NCBI RefSeq assembly: GCF_001194135.2
Contig: NC_068996.1
Span: 25,994,034 to 26,058,033 of the forward strand
Source: Octopus bimaculoides
Lineage: Eukaryota
DNA length: 64,000 nt
Direction: 5' to 3'
The notes under the pieces are model-generated. The model saw only the letters and a list, made by a program, of their open reading frames with translations, did no database searches and was not told the DNA's origin. Shown one piece after another: positions 49,311-63,385 of the stretch; within the stretch, counting starts at the first letter, position 1; every line of letters begins with the position of its first letter. Made by a program: the position numbers and the translations under genes.

Positions 49311-49344
<34 letters not shown>

Positions 49345-49361
49345 ATACACACATATTCATA

Positions 49362-49423
<62 letters not shown>

Positions 49424-49805
49424 TATATGCACACACATATACATATATATACACACATAATCACATATCTGCACACACATATATACGCATACACACATAT
49501 ATGCACAAACACATATATACGCATACACACATATATACGCACACACATATACGCACACACACATATATGCACGCACGCACACACATATACATACATACAA
49601 ACATATACACACACACACAAACATATACACACATGCAGATATACANNNNNNNNNNACACACACACACAAACATATACACACATGCAGATATACACATACA
49701 TATATACACATACATATATACACACACATATATACACACACATATATATACACACACACACACGTGTATATGTATACATATACACGTGTTGTGTGTGTAC
49801 ATACA
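48965..49805. repeat. Long compound (CA)/(TA) microsatellite
   Basis: About 840 bp of interleaved CA/TA dinucleotides. Source of the spurious HT/YI/CV-rich ORFs. Confidence 0.95.
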
Positions 49806-50399
49806 TATTTGTACAGTTACAAACATGCCACTACAACAGTACCCTCAACATTTTAGCCCTATGGGGTTGAAGCTAACACAAGTTGATTGGACCTACATAC
49901 CCTTCAGTGGCATCTTTTGTCATCTGACACATTCAACCAGAGAAATATTGATCAATATACATTTATACATATAATATCAAATTGCTGGGGCAGGTCATGA
50001 AAGTTATAGAAAGAGTTGTAATTTGATTAATAAGAGAAAAGTTATAGCATGATTAATTAGAGAAAGAGTTAAAATTAGATGAGATAAACTTTGGTTTTGT
50101 GCCAGGGGCAAGTATTACAGATATACTCTTCCTGGTGATGCAATTACAGAACCTGCTTAAAAGTATATATGTATATGTAAAAGTGAACCTCTGTGCTCAC
50201 TTGAAAATCTCAAACAAGATTCCTCCCTCTGTGATCTGGTGCTGACCAAAGAAAGTCCAGGATAGATAAATGGCTTGTGAGAGCCACTCAAGTAGTGTAT
50301 TGAGATGCTGTCAAAAAAAGGTTAGAGTTACCAAGTATAGTAATGAATTTAATATGCAGGACTTGGTTCTTAGTTTGCTCCTCCTCCTCCTCTGCATCA

Positions 50400-51010
50400 T
50401 CATCTTCATTTAATATCTGCTTTTCATGCTGGAATGGATTAGATGGTTTCACTGGAACTGGTAAGCAGGAGAGCTGCACCAGGTCCCAGTCTGATTTAGT
50501 ATGGTTACTACAGCTGGATGCCCTTCCTAATGCCATCCACTCCACGAGTGCAATGAGTGCTTTTTAGGAGCCATTTAGATGGCACCAGCGACAACCACAA
50601 CTGTGATTTCACTTGGCTTGACATGTCTTCTCAAGCACAGCATACCACCAAAGGTCTCAGTTACTTATCGACTCCGTGAGGCCCAACATTAGAAGATTGT
50701 ACTACCACCAATGGCCACAACTATGATTTCACAGGTGCTACTTACATGACATCGGTAACAGCCACAACTACGATTTCACTTGGCTCAATGAGTCTTCTCA
50801 AGTACAGCATATTGCCAAAGGTCTTGGTCACTTGTCATCGCCTCCATAAGGCCTAACATTCAAAGATCATGCAAACCGGCAATGGCATGATTACAATTCA
50901 TTTACAAGACACCAGAAACGGCCACAACTATAGTTTCACTTGGCTTGACGAGTCTTCTCAAGTACAGCATATCACCAAAGGTCTCGATCGTTTGTCATCA
51001 CTTCCATGAG
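50400..51010 (-). mobile_element. RTE-type tail preceded by three tandem 160-167-bp units
   Basis: Tail at about 50400-50570. Units start at 50594, 50761 and 50921 (CCACAACT..TTTCACTTGGCT..GTCTTCTCAAG.ACAGCATA..CCAAAGGTCT). Confidence 0.7.
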
Positions 51011-52696
51011 GTTTATATTCATTCATAATCCTTCAGGCCATAACAGAAGAGCTTAAGACTGTGGGAACTGCTATATGTTGCTGACCTCATTTTTATAGCT
51101 AAATCTATATTAGATTTAGAAAAGAAATTCCAGATGCAGAAGCAAAACCTCAAATAAAAGGACCTCAAAGTTAACTTAGCAAAGACCTAAGTTTTGGTCA
51201 GTAAGAAAACAGACAAGACTCTGCTTCCATCAAGGAAATGGCACTGCTTGACATGTAGAGAATTCTATCAGTTGATTAAACAAATGAATCCGCCTCAAAA
51301 AAAAACCAATAGAGATCTATCACCACCATAATCTATACCATGGTTTCATTCCCATATTTGAATGGGCTTCAATCTCAGTGGATATTAAAGATCTTTTGTG
51401 GCCATGGAATTTTGAGAAAAATTAGTGTCTCTCCCTTTCACATAGATACACAGAATTTCAGAATGGGGTAGGACAATCTCTTGCATGAATTTAATAAATA
51501 AAAAACATAAATGAAGTTCTTGAGTTGTTTGTATATGCGTGTGAAGATATGTACATACACACACACACACATCTATCATACATACATACACACATTCAAA
51601 GGAGATGAGTAGAAGGGAGAAGGAAGAAAGGGTAACAGAGGGGGGGGAGTGAGAGAGAGCAAGCAAGGAAAAAAGTATGAAGTTTTGCAGAGGGATATCT
51701 AACTAGTGAAAAGGTAGATATTTAATAGCACTCTTAGTCTTTCTGGACTTAATTGACTCACCTCAAGCTCCCGGGGTGTGGGGTGGAGCAGGTCGGGGGG
51801 AGGGAGGAGCTAATTAATCAACTATTAAATAGCTATGTAAATGACATGCAAACACTCAGCAAGACCAAAAACCAATCAAATTTAGCCTCCGTAATTCTCT
51901 ACAAAAATGTGTATGCTAGTCTATTATTAAGCTGCGTCATTAACTAAGAGAACTTCATTATTTAGATACAACTTCACATCCCACAAAAGATTTTTCAGCC
52001 ACACAACAGATCAGGTTGGGTGGAAGGTAGGTAAGGCCTCTTGAATTTGTTTTTTTATGTGTCTACAAATGCAAGATACATGTGAAAAGAAAGAGAGGGA
52101 GTAAGACAGATAGAAAAGAGAGAGAAAGAGAGTACGAGAGAGAGAGAGAAAAAAAAGCGGGGGGGGGAGCAAAAAACAAGAAAGAAATAAAAATGAAATC
52201 AATATAAGGCAATCAGAAGCACTTTGATACTCCAGACTATGTATCTGATAAGGGAGAACCAATCACTTGAAAATGATTCTTCTACATTGAAGCCCTCCCT
52301 CCTATAGTTTATCATCTCATTGTCTATTTCTGGCTAAATGTACAAAAGACTGCTACAATACTATTAAAACATACCTGAAACTGAGCCATCAAAATACAAT
52401 CATAAATTTCTAAGCATCTTCATTTCTATTGGAGCAATAAAAAAAAATGTTAAATATTAAATGGAGTGATGGGGATGGAGAAAAGAAAATGCCTGTGGTT
52501 TTTTAAGCAAGAATTCAATTGAATTTAAAGAAAAAAAAAAAAAAGAATGGTCATCTTTTTTTTTCTCTCAAATCATCTTTCTGATACATTGGTATAATTT
52601 CAAAAGGCACACTTTTACAAAATGATTGTGTTATTTGCCAGTCATAAATAAGCATGGCCATTCTTTATATGACCGCGCCAATCAGTGTTGTTGTAG

Positions 52697-52744
<48 letters not shown>

Positions 52745-52754
52745 TGTGTGAGAG

Positions 52755-52876
52755 AGAGGTCAGAGAGCATTTACTCCTGTTGGCAACTAAAGGTCACTCT
52801 CTCCGAGTGAAAGGAAGATTGTATGATGCATGTGTACAAACAGCAATGTTACCTTATAGTGAGACATGGGCCTGCT
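52755..52876 (+). mobile_element. Short RTE ORF fragment
   Basis: REHLLLLATKGHSLRVKGRLYDACVQTAMLPYSETWA continues the RELLPLLATK segment seen at 31250. Confidence 0.75.
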
Positions 52877-55124
52877 AGAAATAGGAGCCAAAGCTCCTTC
52901 AAATCATAATGTTACTGTCTTCAAAAAGGACACATTGATTGGTTCATTGTTGCAGATACACAATGTTTGAACAAAAAAACAAAAAACACTGGATTGTTTA
53001 ATATAGCTTTGATTATAAGTCTCCTTGATTGGGTCTTACATTATGCCAAAACATGCTCAGCAATGAAGAGAGTGTACCCACAACAAGAAACATTCTAATC
53101 CCTTCTATAACTAATTATCTATCTTCTTTACTCAGTCTGAGATGACCAAAGTCTAAATGACCTGTACCACTGGAAATGACACAAATTTAAACTCTGATCA
53201 TGCATGTCTGTGTGTGTATGCATGTATGGATAAGTGTATGTGAGAGAGAGAGGGAGAGGCACAGAGAGAGAGAGAGGGAGGGAGGGAGAGGGANNNNNNN
53301 NNNTGAGAGAGAGAGGGAGAGGCACAGAGAGAGAGAGAGGGAGGGAGGGAGAGGGAGGGAGGGAGAGAGAGAGAATCAATATCCTGGATTCTATCAAAGC
53401 AAGAGATCTCTTTATCATAGAATAACTTTATTCATTGCCAATGAAGTTCAGATTTTTTGACAAGTGAGCTGAAACAGGAGCCTAATATATACTAGTTTAG
53501 AGAGAGAAGGAGGGGGAGGGAAAGAGAGAGGGAGGAAGATTTGTAAATGTAAACACAAACTGTACTGCAGATGCCATCTAAAAATTAGCACAAACAATAG
53601 TTCAAGTATCAACGTTATTTCTAAAAGTGGGCCACCACATAAATTATTTAAGAAGCAATTAAACTTTAGAAACAGGACACACAGAACTAGAATGAGTTAC
53701 TGAGGGAATTTGCTAAGTTGAATACAACTAATCAATTTAGCCAAACGTTGAGTCCGATAATATTGGAAAAATATTCTCAACACAAAAGTCGTTCATAACA
53801 ACAGAATGATGCAATTTCCAGACTTTCTTTTTACCAGCCATAGTTGTTAAGTTGAAAATCCTGCTTTACAACAAGGTTTTCATTTCAAACCGACTGCACA
53901 GCATCTTGGGCCAGTTTTTACCATAGCCTCAGCTTGACCATTACCTTGTGAGTGGAATTTGGAAAATGGAAATTGTGCAGAAGCCCTTTGTGTACATATA
54001 TTTTTTCTTTTAATAGCAGAATGCTGTCAATATGACACAAAAGGTTTCATGCAAATGCATTCAGAACTATTCGATGGTAATAGTAGGTTTCCAGCTATGA
54101 AAACCATGTCAGATCAGATTACCAGTTTTCAGCTAAACCATCCAACCCATGCCAGCACAGAAAACAGATGTTAATCACACATACACATACATACAACACA
54201 CATACATGCATGCATGGACACACAAACACACAAAGCTACATATAACTGTGTGTGAGTGTGTGTGCATGAGTACATGCATGCATATGCATGTGTGTACTTT
54301 CCCAGTGTGTATTGGCTAAGGATGTAAACACCAGAGAGCAAACCAAAAACATGACATTTTAGGAAAGGGGTCACTTGAAATACATAGACTTACAACCACT
54401 ATAAGAAATTCAGAAGAAACCTATAATCAATACTACTATTGTTCATTGCATCATAATTATAAACCAACTGCATAATGGTCTCATTAGTACTGCTAGCACA
54501 AAAATAAAATGCTATAAAGCATTATGAAAGACATTCTGCCTTAGAAAGCAAGCCAAAATAAACAGAAGAACATGATGCAGTCTTTGAACTCTTCAGATCC
54601 TAGCACACCATCCAACCCATGCCAGCATGGAACATGAACATATGATGATGATGTCCAGAAATAATAAGCTATGAAAAATACTGCATGAGAATATTGTCAA
54701 AGAGATGACTGGAGTACAAAGTCTGTCAAGTTTGCTTTTTCTCGTGGGGAAAATGTCCAAAAGTACCATACATGTACCAGTATTATTTTGAACACAACGA
54801 AATAATTACATGTAATTTCTTACAAAATCATAAGTCTTCAATTTTATAAAACAGAGAGAAATTATAAGAAATGATGTACATTCTGTTGCCAATCCTCTGT
54901 ATTTGTCACATGTGCAGAGCAAAAGCCATATCTTAACACAACTTTGTATGCAAATGGTGAACAAACTTAGCTCCAATTGAAACATAAATACATGGGGACA
55001 TATAATGGTGTTGTTCATGTACAGGTATTGATAGCATTATACTGGTGAATTAATATCATACAACTCTTGCCTTTTGTTGTTGGTGCACTTCAATTGTTTT
55101 TTTAATAAGCTGTAGTTATCAATC

Positions 55125-55267
55125 AACTGTGTGGTTAAGAAGTGTGCTTCCCAGCCACATGCTATTAGATTCAGTTCTATTGCATGACATCTTACACAAG
55201 TGTCTTCTACTATTGCCGTGAGCTGACCAAAACCTTGAGAGTGGATTCAGTAGACAGAAACTGAAAG

Positions 55268-55270
<3 letters not shown>
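55125..55270 (+). mobile_element. SINE family A, 5' half
   Basis: CTGTGTGGTTAAGAAG head through GGATTCAGTAGACAGAAACTGAAAGAAG, then (TG)n. Confidence 0.7.
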
Positions 55271-55351
<81 letters not shown>

Positions 55352-56324
55352 TTCCCTAGTTTGGCATTGCACGAGCTGTAAATTACTATCATCATTAAAT
55401 AAATAGTGTCCCTTTCCAATCTTCCATGAAAATATGTCTTTCCATGGGGAAATGTTACCTTGCATGAAAGCTGAGAAAGGTTGCCAACAGGAAGGGTGCC
55501 TGGCTATACAAAATCTGCTTCAGTGATTTCCATTTGACTTATGCAAGCATGAAAAAGCAGATATCAAAACAAAAATGAAGATGATGATGGTGAAGGCAGT
55601 GGTAATGAAGAAGATAAAAAGCCTTTTTTAAATTTACAGATTTCTAATATTTTTTTTTCTGTAGCTTTGATAGTGGTTGTGATCTATGGGCTGTGACATT
55701 TCATTTCTCCAGGTGTTTTCAAAGAGAAGAAATGTCCCTATCAAAGTGTTCTTTAAGACGGGCATAAAGCACAGAAATAGACAATGTAAAATATACATTT
55801 ATTACATGCTATAAGGTGCACTATGTAAGTCAGTAGTCACATGCCCACATTACTGATGGAACACTTGGTCGGTGTATACACATTGTTGTCATGTGGAAGG
55901 AAGATACCAAACACACACACACACACACACACACATACCTAACAGTGTAATAGTGAGGGATTATCAATCCAGGCAAAATACTTTATAAGCTCTCTGTTGG
56001 CACACCAGGCTAACAATATTATTTAGGTCAATGAAGAACCCAAGGTATTCTTATGGAAGGATCCAAGGTTATGGTTCGTGACAATTCTATATTGTAAATC
56101 TGTGGATGGGCTCCATACAAACTGATTTTTACACCAAGTGATATATAATAAAGAACAAGTTAAAAATAATGGTCATTACTTATTTTTTCTTTATTGGAGC
56201 AAATTTGGCTTACAGCTGTTTCCTGTAGTCAGTATAGGTACATTACTGATAGGTTTACTCAATTGGTCTATTGATCAGTTGAGAAAAATAATAATACACA
56301 CATATATGTATATATACACATAGG

Positions 56325-56480
56325 TGCAGGTTTGACTATGTGGTTAAGAATCTTGTTTCCCAACCATGTCTCATGTTCAATCCTGCTGCATGGCACCTTG
56401 CGCAAGTGTCACATAGCCCAAGGCTTACCAAAGCTTTGTGAGTGGATTTGGTAGACAGAAATTGAAAGTAGCCCATTGTA
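56325..56480 (+). mobile_element. SINE family A, 5' half
   Basis: GGTGCAGG..TGTGGTTAAG head, GGCACCTTG, GGATTTGGTAGACAGAAA. Confidence 0.7.
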
Positions 56481-56609
56481 TACAAGGTTTTCAGGCTAAA
56501 TTTTAAAATTTGCATAAAAGGAAAAAAAAATATCTCATCCAAAAAATAAAAGTATTTTATAAAATACTTTTTATTTTAATATTAGATTATGGCTAGGAGA
56601 TAACTGTTT

Positions 56610-56945
56610 ACTCAAAGTAGCTTCCACTATGATCCCAAAATGGCTCTGGAATCTGGTTGGAATCTGGTGCATGTGTTTTTCTCTGTATCTTTACGAAAAT
56701 CTCCAAACACCTATTTGATCTTGGCAGCCATCTTGGTCTTGTTATTGCAGGCAGAGTGGTTGGTGTCTTTTACAACCACGCCCTATACATAGTAATCCAT
56801 GGGATTACAACCTGAGGAATTAGGAGGCTAGAAATTGGAGCAGCTGAAATTGTAGAAATTATCCAAGAACCACTTCTGATTTTTTTCTGGAGCTATATGG
56901 CAAGGGGCAGAATCCTGCCATTACACATATGGCCATCCAGCTCTT
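56610..56945 (-). pseudogene. Tc1/mariner-superfamily (maT/DD37D-like) transposase C-terminal remnant
   Basis: Minus strand WQDSAPCH..NQKWFLDNF..PPNSSGCNPMDYYV*GVVVKDTN matches the QQDSAPxH / WPPxSPDLNPLDY pattern. Confidence 0.7.
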
Positions 56946-56999
56946 TAAGTTTTGCAAAGTACATAGTGACCTCACTAGTGCTGGTACCATGAAAAAGCA

Positions 57000-57270
57000 C
57001 CCACTAATCATGAGGTAGTGAGTCTCATTCCCCGACTGGGCTGTGTGTTGTGTTCTTGAGCAAGATACTTTATTTCATATTGCTCCAGTTCACTCAGCTG
57101 TAGAAATGAGCTGAGACATCACTGGTGCCAACCTGTATTGACCTTTGCTTTTCCTTTGGATAACATCGGTGGCATGAAGAAGGGAGGCTGGTATGCATGG
57201 GTGATTGCTGGTCTTCCATAAACAACCTTGCCCAGACTTGTGCCTTGGAGTGTAACTTTCTAGATGGTGT
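57000..57270 (+). mobile_element. SINE family B
   Basis: Homologous to the reverse complement of 4270-4560 (GGGCTGTGTGTTGTGTTCTTGAGCAAGA, CAGCTGTAGAAATGAG). Confidence 0.8.
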
Positions 57271-58046
57271 TAGGAAGAGTACCCATTCATAGAAACCATG
57301 ACAAAGCAGATGTTGGAACATGACATATCCTTCAACTTGTCACAACCTGTTAAAGCAACAAATCCAAACCAGCACAGATGATGGTTGTTAAACAATGACG
57401 GATTTTAATGACAACGATGAGGAGGATATCTATAAAATGTAGTCTATTGATTATGACTTATTCCATATAAATCTTCACTGACACAAAACTATCATTTGTC
57501 ATTTCTAGAATGATGCCATAGTAATTAATTTCTAAATGTTACTGTTCTTTCACAAAGAATAATTAATTTCAATTAGACATAAAATTGAGATGGCTATGGT
57601 GTAAAGTGCTAACAGTACAACTTGCTAAGTACAACTAAGCCTACAGTGCTATCCTGTATCTGTTCCATCTAACAGGGTTACCATAGTAATAGTTGATACA
57701 AGCTAACTTGCTCTTAAAATGTGTCATAGAATATAATTTGAAAGGATCAGGGGTCCAAAACTTATCCAGCACTGTGTTTATGGCCAAAACACCTAACATT
57801 CACTGATCCAGTTCATGTTCTCTTGTAAATATAGACATGGAAAAAGGATCTTATTCTATGAATATTCTTCCCTGAGAGTTTTGGTTGGTTCCTCTTTCAT
57901 GGGCAATCATGGAGCATTAACAATTTCAATACAAATCCTACAACAGTTTCAAATTTACTTTTTTCCCTTATCACTTCTTCCTCCTTGATCCACTCCTATT
58001 TCCTTTACTTCCCTCTCCAAACTGACCTTCACTGAATAAATTTTAA

Positions 58047-58077
<31 letters not shown>

Positions 58078-58618
58078 ACCTTTGTAGCATACTATCTAGA
58101 TTAAATACTCTTGATGAGGAAGTCAGTCATACACATTTTAAGGCATGTGATGCATTGGGAAAGCTTGAACCAAGGCTCTGATTATAATGAGACATCAAAA
58201 CAGCAACAAAAAGTCAAGGTCTATCATGTATGTATCTTAAGTTTATTAGCTACCAATGACCCCACCAAGAATGTCTCAGATACTGCAATGTTAATTTCTC
58301 TAAAACTGCCTTTGGTAGACTAATATAGTAATAAAAGGGAAAAAATCACTTTACAGAAAAAAATGTGAAGTCTTGAATTAAAAAAAAACAATGTACTGAA
58401 ACAATTAAAACAGTAAGTTGTTAAAGGACTGATATGTGGATAACAGGGTAGGAAGGATTGTTAAATATGTGCAAGACTCAACAAGATTAAAGAAATGAAA
58501 TAGAATAAGGAAGAAGTTAGATTGAGTTTGTCAATAAAATAGAACAAAACAAACATGATAAAATGTAACATTTTAATATTTATCTATAACAAAGACATCA
58601 GTGATACAAGGAATGTAC

Positions 58619-58657
<39 letters not shown>

Positions 58658-59564
58658 TTAGACAAAGAGAGAAGACAGACAGAGACTGCTCATACAAATA
58701 GATCACTGCTATATATGATGGATGGTCTCTTGATATGCAGTTCATTATGTGAAACAGGTAGTCAGCAATTAGTGGCTCACTTAACTGTAATTTAATTATA
58801 CTTTACAATGAACCAAACAAGAAGGTTGGCATATTAAATGACTCTTTATACCAAGTTTGTTAGTTTCAGCACTTTAGAAACAGTTGCCTATCTTGCTGAC
58901 ACACAGACAGACACAAACATAAATATCATTCTGAATGTAGTAAAACAAGGTATATATAACATTATAATCAAATAAACCTCACCATTGCTCTATAAGATAG
59001 GTTAATGTGACAGTGTACACAGCACATATACATATGCATGCATACATACATATATACAAACATACATAAGTACCTAAGTATGTACATATCTTCACACATA
59101 TCATCATCACTATTTAATATCTATATTTTATGCTGGCAATAAGTTGAATGATTTGACAATATCTAATGGGTCCAGGGACTGCATCCAATATCTGCTTTAG
59201 CATGGATTTGACAGCTGGATGCCCTTCCTAGAACCAACCACTTTACAGTGCATCTTGAGTATTTTTCTTGTGCCACCAGCACTAGTGAAGTTGCCCTGCA
59301 GTTGACAAGCCTATGAAACCTGACAGGAAGGGCTTTATGCTATCAGAGGAAAGGAAGGGCTTTATGCTATCNNNNNNNNNNNNNNNNNNNNNNNNNNNNN
59401 NNNNNNNNNNNNNNNNNNNNNNNNNNNNNNNNNNNNNNNNNNNNNNNNNNNNNNNNNNNNNNNNNNNNNNNAGAGAGAGAGAGAGAGAACACACACACAA
59501 ATATGTATATTATTAATTTTTATAAATCCAGAGAAGGATTTGATAATGTCTTACACTGTCACCT

Positions 59565-59860
59565 GCAGAAGCTATGAGCAAAAGTGTTAGTGAGAGCTGT
59601 ACAAACTATGTATAGTGGTGCAATCAACAATGTGAAAGTCAGTGAATTCAGCAATGAACCTAGCATTCATATAGGGATTCATCTGGGCTCAATCCTCATC
59701 CCTCTACTGTTCATTATAATTCTCCAAGCCATAATAGAAGACTTTACCAGTTGCCCATGGGAATTCTTATATGTTGACAACCTAGTTCTTATAGCTGAAT
59801 CTGTAGAATTGGAAAAGGCACAAAACTAAGAATTGAGAGCCTTCTAAATAAATTTAGCAA
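59565..59860 (+). mobile_element. RTE RT-domain remnant
   Basis: ORF 59584..59829: LVRAVQTMY..GIHLGSILIPLLFIIILQAI..CPWEFLYVDNLVLIAES (degenerate YADD). Confidence 0.8.
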
Positions 59861-59959
59861 GTAGGAGAGAAGACATCTTGGAAATGTCTAGGCTGAATAT
59901 CTAGAAAAGGAGTAGGTAAATATTTCTCATGATGAACCCATTATAAACTACTATACTGC

Positions 59960-60480
59960 ATGACTGGTCCCTTTGTTGGGTTTACACAGAGTATCGCCCC
60001 ACTGCCTCTTTCTCCCATATATTCTCCTTATCTAATAACTGGCATAAAAGTATTTCTATTCCTCTTCGTTTTCAGTCTTTCAAAGAACACTTTTCTTAAA
60101 TGAAGTCTCAATTTTTTTCTCACACACTACCTTACAGTCCAGAATGCCTCATACTTCTGCTCCTTTTACATTACAAACAATGGCTAGCTTCTTACTTTTG
60201 CCTTCTTCTCTAGCTAAGTACACCTGATGTTTAGTTTCTCTTCCTACTACTTGTTATTTCTCTTTACTATTTCATTTCTTCCAGTCTTTCCAGATTTGTT
60301 TATTATTTCTGGCTCTATCTACAAATTTATTCCACCCTCATATCACTCTCTTTTTTGCCACTTTGCACAGTCACAAATTTGATATATTGTTCTCAGTAAG
60401 TTGTCCCATAGAACCTTCCAGCATTCCTCTGTTATAATTTTCTATCCTCCCCACCCCCTGTTTTCTTATCATAAGCTAAT
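59960..60480 (-). mobile_element. RTE ORF linker-region remnant
   Basis: Minus strand ECWKVLWDNLL..ICD and WNKFVDRA..KQIWKDWKK..KHQVYLAREE resemble the RTE EN-RT linker (TWWWN..V..A). Confidence 0.55.
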
Positions 60481-61305
60481 TAGAACTTCACTGAAATTAC
60501 ATATGGTTGTTAGCTCTTTCAACTTCTCCAGATAGATAGATGGACCCAGAAGTCTTTAACCATTAGTCTATGTCAGAAATTCTTCAGAGATTTATTATTC
60601 ATAAACCATCTGTCTATTTTATTTTCTGATGAATACAAAGTCTATTTGGATTGTTTCCTGCTTATATAATTATATATATTGGGAGGTATGAAAATGTAAT
60701 ATTGCATTTCATATAATGAGTTCAGATCAGCATGAAATTGGTAACTTGTTGAATGCACTGCATTATTCTCAGAGGAGAGTTCATGATGTACCTATTTTCC
60801 TTCTCTATAGAATTTCTCAATCTACTTGAGATTAATCTTGTACAGTGGACCAAAGTTTAATAGGCCAATGGGATAAGTCCCTAATGCTTTAATGCAGATC
60901 CTCTCCAATGGCTGTTTTCACTGCTTCATTACTGAGAACAGTTGGTCTTGCTGATCAATACTTATCCAAAAGATGGAAATTTCAGTCTTTTAATTTGTTA
61001 AACCACCTTTGACATTTTGGACCACTCACATCATCAGAATATACAATACCTATGTTTTCTCTTACACATGTGGCATTTTTACCCTTATGAAATTTAAAAA
61101 GCATGCAATGCTGAATATGCAGTTCACTAAAGTCCTTATTTTCCATGGGCTATCAGAAGGAGCTTATACACACACAGTACATATCTACATTAATATTTGA
61201 TCATTAACTCTATGCTGATTGGTTGATTGCAAGGATACCTTTTATTGGATTATAAACTATTTGTGGTATGATGTCAGACTATTTTAAAGTACTTAACTTT
61301 TCAGC

Positions 61306-61346
<41 letters not shown>

Positions 61347-62281
61347 TACACACATAAATGTGTGTGTATATATATGACAATAAAACAACCGAAAAGATGG
61401 GTGATGTGAAGATGGACAGGAAAAAACAAGGACAGGTCATTCACATCCTCCTCTTATCAGTCAAGTCCCAAATTATCCTTGCAGTTTTGGGCAGTCACAC
61501 TTGAGACTGTTCAAATCTGGCTGCCCCAAAAAATCTAAGCTAAGAGCATTAAAATCTTTGAGAGAGAGCAAGTGAATGCGTATGACAACAAAAACAAAAA
61601 AACGGAGAACACGTTACACAATTACAAATACTAATAAGGACAAATCAAGTTGAGCTAGCATGTATAGTGAAAGCCTTGGGGCAGAAACAGAGATAAAAGT
61701 CAAGAGACAGAAATATAAGAGATGCTTTGTGGCCAGCAGTCAAGCCAAGAAGAAAAGATCATGCCTGACCAAACACCAGTCACATGGAAGGAAAAGAGAG
61801 AGGTAGGGGGCAGAGAATTAAAGGATTAGGGGAAGAACGAGAGAGAGAGAGAGAGAGAGAGGAAATCAAAGGAGCATAGAGAAAGGTACAAGGGAAGGAA
61901 GATAAATGAAGAGGAAAGGTAGGAATTAAAGAAAGAGAAGGCCAAGAAATGTGAGAGAGGGGGTGCAAGAAAAAGAAAAGAGGAAAGAAAGAAGTATGAA
62001 GGGGACTAAAAGAGTAAAAAAGCCATACAAAATTTAGATACATACAAGGTGAGCAAAAGTGTACATACACTGCTATTTATATATATATATCCAGAAAATG
62101 GAACAAGAACGCATTCGTCAATCTGTCCGGATGTTTTATTGTTGTTTGTTGTGTTCTTATTCCAATTTCTTGATTTATATATATGTATATATATAGCGGT
62201 GTATGTACACTTTGTAAGTTAATGTATATATATCATATTTATATATACATATAGCAGTGTACATACACCTTGTATATAAAC

Positions 62282-62312
<31 letters not shown>

Positions 62313-62369
62313 TACATATATGTATGCCTCTCTCTCTCTCTTTTTATCTATATATATTCTTAATGTATG

Positions 62370-62945
62370 TATGACATTCAGTATTATTTGAAGATTTCTT
62401 GTCAATAGAGAAAGAAGCAGTTTCTGACCTAGGTTCAAGGCTCCTTCATTGGAATTTCAACATCAACAGGGTATTTTTGCATGGATGTGTGTATATGTGC
62501 AGTATTTGGAGTCAGTGCATATGTGGGCTTGTATGTTTTATGTATGTATTCTTATACATGTAGTTGCATATTTAGACTGGGCATGTATATTTAAATGATA
62601 AACTTATGTAAAGAATTGCAGATTTTTACAGTTCCAGTGATGATGTGGATCTGTAGTCTGCAACTCAGCTTTCTCCTTTCTGGTTTTGAGAAGTCTAATT
62701 TCTCAAGATTGGTATTTAGACAGTGTGTTACATATCCCAATACCCCAATAATTACAGGTTTAAACCTGAACTTGTAAACAGGGTAGAGTAACTGTAGATT
62801 TCTCAATAGTTCACCATAGGTATTTTCTTTTTCACTGGTCTTTAGCTTTATGATAACATCAACTGGGCAGCTGATTTTCACAACTCTACATAGTTTCTCT
62901 ATTCTGTCCCAAATGACTATGTCTGATCTATAATATTTACACTGG
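62370..62945 (-). mobile_element. 5'-truncated R4/Dong-like LINE: restriction-like endonuclease domain plus 3' UTR
   Basis: ORF 62591..63034: RSDIVIWD..ISCP..KENTYGELLRNLQLLYP..PVIIGVLG fits the R-PD..(D/E)..K..KY RLE pattern. Followed by about 220 bp of UTR ending in (TACA)n. Confidence 0.75.
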
Positions 62946-62989
62946 GACAGATAAAGAAAAAATGGAATGAGAAGAAAGAAAAAGAAAGC

Positions 62990-63385
62990 TAGAAAAGTAC
63001 TCAGAGAGCGCAGACCTCTGCCAAAGCAGCTCATTTTAAGATAGATACACGAGTAAAATTACTAATAGAGAAACAAAAATAAACTTTGGAAACAGCAACA
63101 ACACCATAGGCTATGTGGAAACGATGAACGTGTTTTCAAGGGAGATAATCAAAGAACGTAACATTGCAATACTTCATATAAAGTATGAAAACTCCTTCAA
63201 GAATCCATAAAAATTCCCAGATCACTACCAAAATTTCATCATCTGTTCCTTGTGTCATTACCAACTTTTCCTGCAAGTTTCATCAAAACCATTCACAACT
63301 TTTTAAGTTATTTTGCACAGAGATGGACAGACAGACAAACCAACGCCGATGAAAACATAACTTCCTTCCTTGGTGGAGGTAATTA
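62990..63385 (+). mobile_element. DINE-1/HINE-like (Helentron-associated) non-autonomous element
   Basis: Subterminal inverted repeats ACCTCTGCCAAAG (63014-63026) and CCTTGGTGGAGGT (63368-63380), with a (GACA)n microsatellite near the 3' end. Confidence 0.5.

Noticed and set aside
48967-49974. Cluster of His/Thr/Tyr/Ile- and Cys/Val-rich ORFs
   Set aside because: These are translations of (CA)/(TA) microsatellite in all frames, with no coding signal.
53243-53355. Direct duplications on both sides of 10-N gaps (also about 49605-49695)
   Set aside because: Identical sequence flanking a minimal gap is typical of unmerged overlapping contig ends, an assembly artefact.
62408-62458. Hammerhead-like layout on the minus strand in the R4/Dong 3' UTR (GAAATT-CCAATGA-AGG..AGAAAC..TTC-TTTC)
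   Set aside because: The core reads CCAAUGA rather than CUGAnGA (the essential G5 is absent) and stem III does not pair. Only a family consensus with a restored core would revive it.
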